Source: Azolla caroliniana (Eukaryota; Plantae; Polypodiophyta). From it: a DNA stretch of 8,254 nt. Both the position numbers and the translations under genes were made by a program. The stretch covers positions 1-8,254 of the forward strand of contig JBHGNT010001453.1 in NCBI GenBank assembly GCA_043228905.1, given 5' to 3'. Positions 6,382-8,254 of the stretch are shown here, piece after piece (position 1 is the first letter of the stretch; each line of letters starts with the position of its first letter). Under the pieces are notes generated by a model. The model was given only the letters and a program-made list of their open reading frames with translations, made no database searches and was not told the origin of the DNA.

Positions 6382-8254
6382 GTGCGTTATTATATCATTT
6401 ATCTTGGTAAAAGAAGCATATCACTTTTTCTGTTTAATGCTACACATTTCGATAAAGAATTTTTTTCATGAGTACTGCATGCTTACATAAATCTACGAGG
6501 ATTCCGTCTTTTCTCTGCTATCTCTCGATATAATCTAGAAGGAGTTGTTTTCTTCTTAATGCTGTCTTTTGATAGAATTAGCTCAAGTAAGGTCCTCTTC
6601 TACCATTCTCAGGCTAGGGGAATTCTTTCTATTTACTGATCTATTCAACATAGCAAGAACAGATAGGTCTTTACCATTGATGTGTTAGATGGTTTCTTCT
6701 TGTTCTTCTTAATGATACCATTTACATGATTACATCAAGTAGGCTTTCTATCATATTTTTTCTTGATCTCACTACTGTTTTCTATCAATATAATTAATTT
6801 GAGAAAAATGCGACTTTTTCTATGAGAAACAATATTTCCATTATCCAGGAAGGCCTTTTATCATTACCTTGATATAGGATTTGAGAGAATTTTTCGTTTT
6901 CTGCAAGCAAAAATCTTTCTATCAGTCAAGAACTCTGTATCTTGGTAGATGTTCAAAAAAGAATGTGGCTTTTTTTCTTAGGAAAGACACTTTCATTCTT
7001 AAGAATGACCTCTTGTCGTATTATCTTGCTCAAAGAAATTCTCTCTTTTTAGTGCATTGCTTTCCTAGGCAAGACTGTTCCATTAGGCAAGGAGGTACAC
7101 TTATCATATTATTTTGCTAGAAGGGATTTTCTTTTTTAAGTGTATTTCTTTGAAACAATTAGAGCAGGTTGGGGTTGGTCTGAATGAATGTTTGGGAACA
7201 AAGGTGCCCTTGATTTTGAGAGTAAAGATCCCTTCATTAGGTTGATGTGAACAGGAGGGAAAGAAACCCTAACTCTCTTGGGAGGAAGGAAAAACCAACC
7301 AAGAAGTCTATCATGCCACCTTGGATCCTCTCGGCTCCCTCGACTAATGATGAGGAAGGCAATTTTCATAAGCCAGAGAGAATCATAACTTTTCCAATTC
7401 AAAAACTGAGGCTAAACATGATTTCTATTATCATAGCAAAAATCCTCATAGCTGAGACTTTAATCAATCATTCACATTGCCCTGGAAAAGGCGATTATTT
7501 ATTAAAATAACAAAGAGAAAGAGATGCGAGGAAAGACATCAAACTTTCCCTGTAACTATCCTTTCGATGCTATCCTCCTCCACAATGGTTATATGATACA
7601 ATACTTCTTTGAGGCATATTTGAGATTGGATGTCATTTGTGCATTCAGTTTTTGTATTATCTTCAGAATTAGGCTGCTTGATTACTGGGCTGGATTCAAA
7701 CCAAATGAGACTGTGATGCCATTTTACTAACAACCATCAATTTTAATTTCATGGTACACATAATTGAAGAACAGAAGTATGATAATAGTTGGCGTTTACT
7801 AGACACTAGGACGAAAACTAGATTCACAAAAGATTCACATGGGGAGGTGTGGTGATTTGCATTGGAAGACAATAACTTAATCACTCTACGTCATACTACA
7901 TAATCTACTGTATCTAGTTAATATTCCTCCATACGGCAGGATTTGTAAGGCACTGGATTTAATGATGGTATTGTTTTCTAAAATATCACCAGTATTTATT
8001 TTCAAACACTAACCATAGTTATGTGTTAAGCTTAGTGGTTATATTCAGTGATTAAGTGTGAAATGACTAAGTCAAAAAGGAATCATGGCCATGCCAGAAA
8101 TTTTCCTGTATGGCTGATAATGTTCATCTGGTGTCATTGACTCACCTCAATAATTTGAGAGAATATCTATCTCCAGTATTCGGACTATACAATATGACTT
8201 AATTATATGTATCTACGAGAGGTATTTCATTAATGCTGCCTGAAGAACTTTGTT
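6382..8254 (+). other. Intronic sequence of the plus-strand gene (probably extends beyond the window)
   Basis: GT donor at 6382 and AT/T-rich sequence, with no clearly recognisable downstream exon. One 42-nt candidate lies at 7053-7094. Confidence 0.6.

Noticed and set aside
6382-6471. C-terminal 29 residues of ORF 5878-6471
   Set aside because: Read-through into the intron after the CAG|GT donor; composition changes abruptly.
6778-7000. Weak similarity between about 6805-6842 and 6957-6998
   Set aside because: Low-complexity A/T runs dominate the match, so it is not convincing without an alignment statistic.

Overview
Eukaryotic genomic DNA, almost certainly land plant. It has GT-AG introns, GC-rich first exons, compound TA/GA/TG microsatellites and a telo-box; a fern or other non-angiosperm is a guess. 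The window holds the 5' ends of two divergent, head-to-head spliced genes about 4.6 kb apart. On the minus strand are two coding exons (1292-961 and 753-546) of an alpha/beta-hydrolase of the HSL / isoprenylcysteine methylesterase (ICME)-like type with an HGG motif; the gene continues off the left edge. On the plus strand is a first coding exon (5878-6381) of an unidentified His/Ser/Pro-rich protein, followed by a long intron. The intergenic spacer holds several fold-back inverted repeats (best at 2481-2583 and 3050-3107), a palindrome-spaced direct repeat, poly-C tracts, an old ~108-bp duplication and probable decayed transposon or gene debris. I see no convincing evidence of a new multi-gene system. 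The best leads are the two hairpins, the divergent esterase and the unidentified gene.
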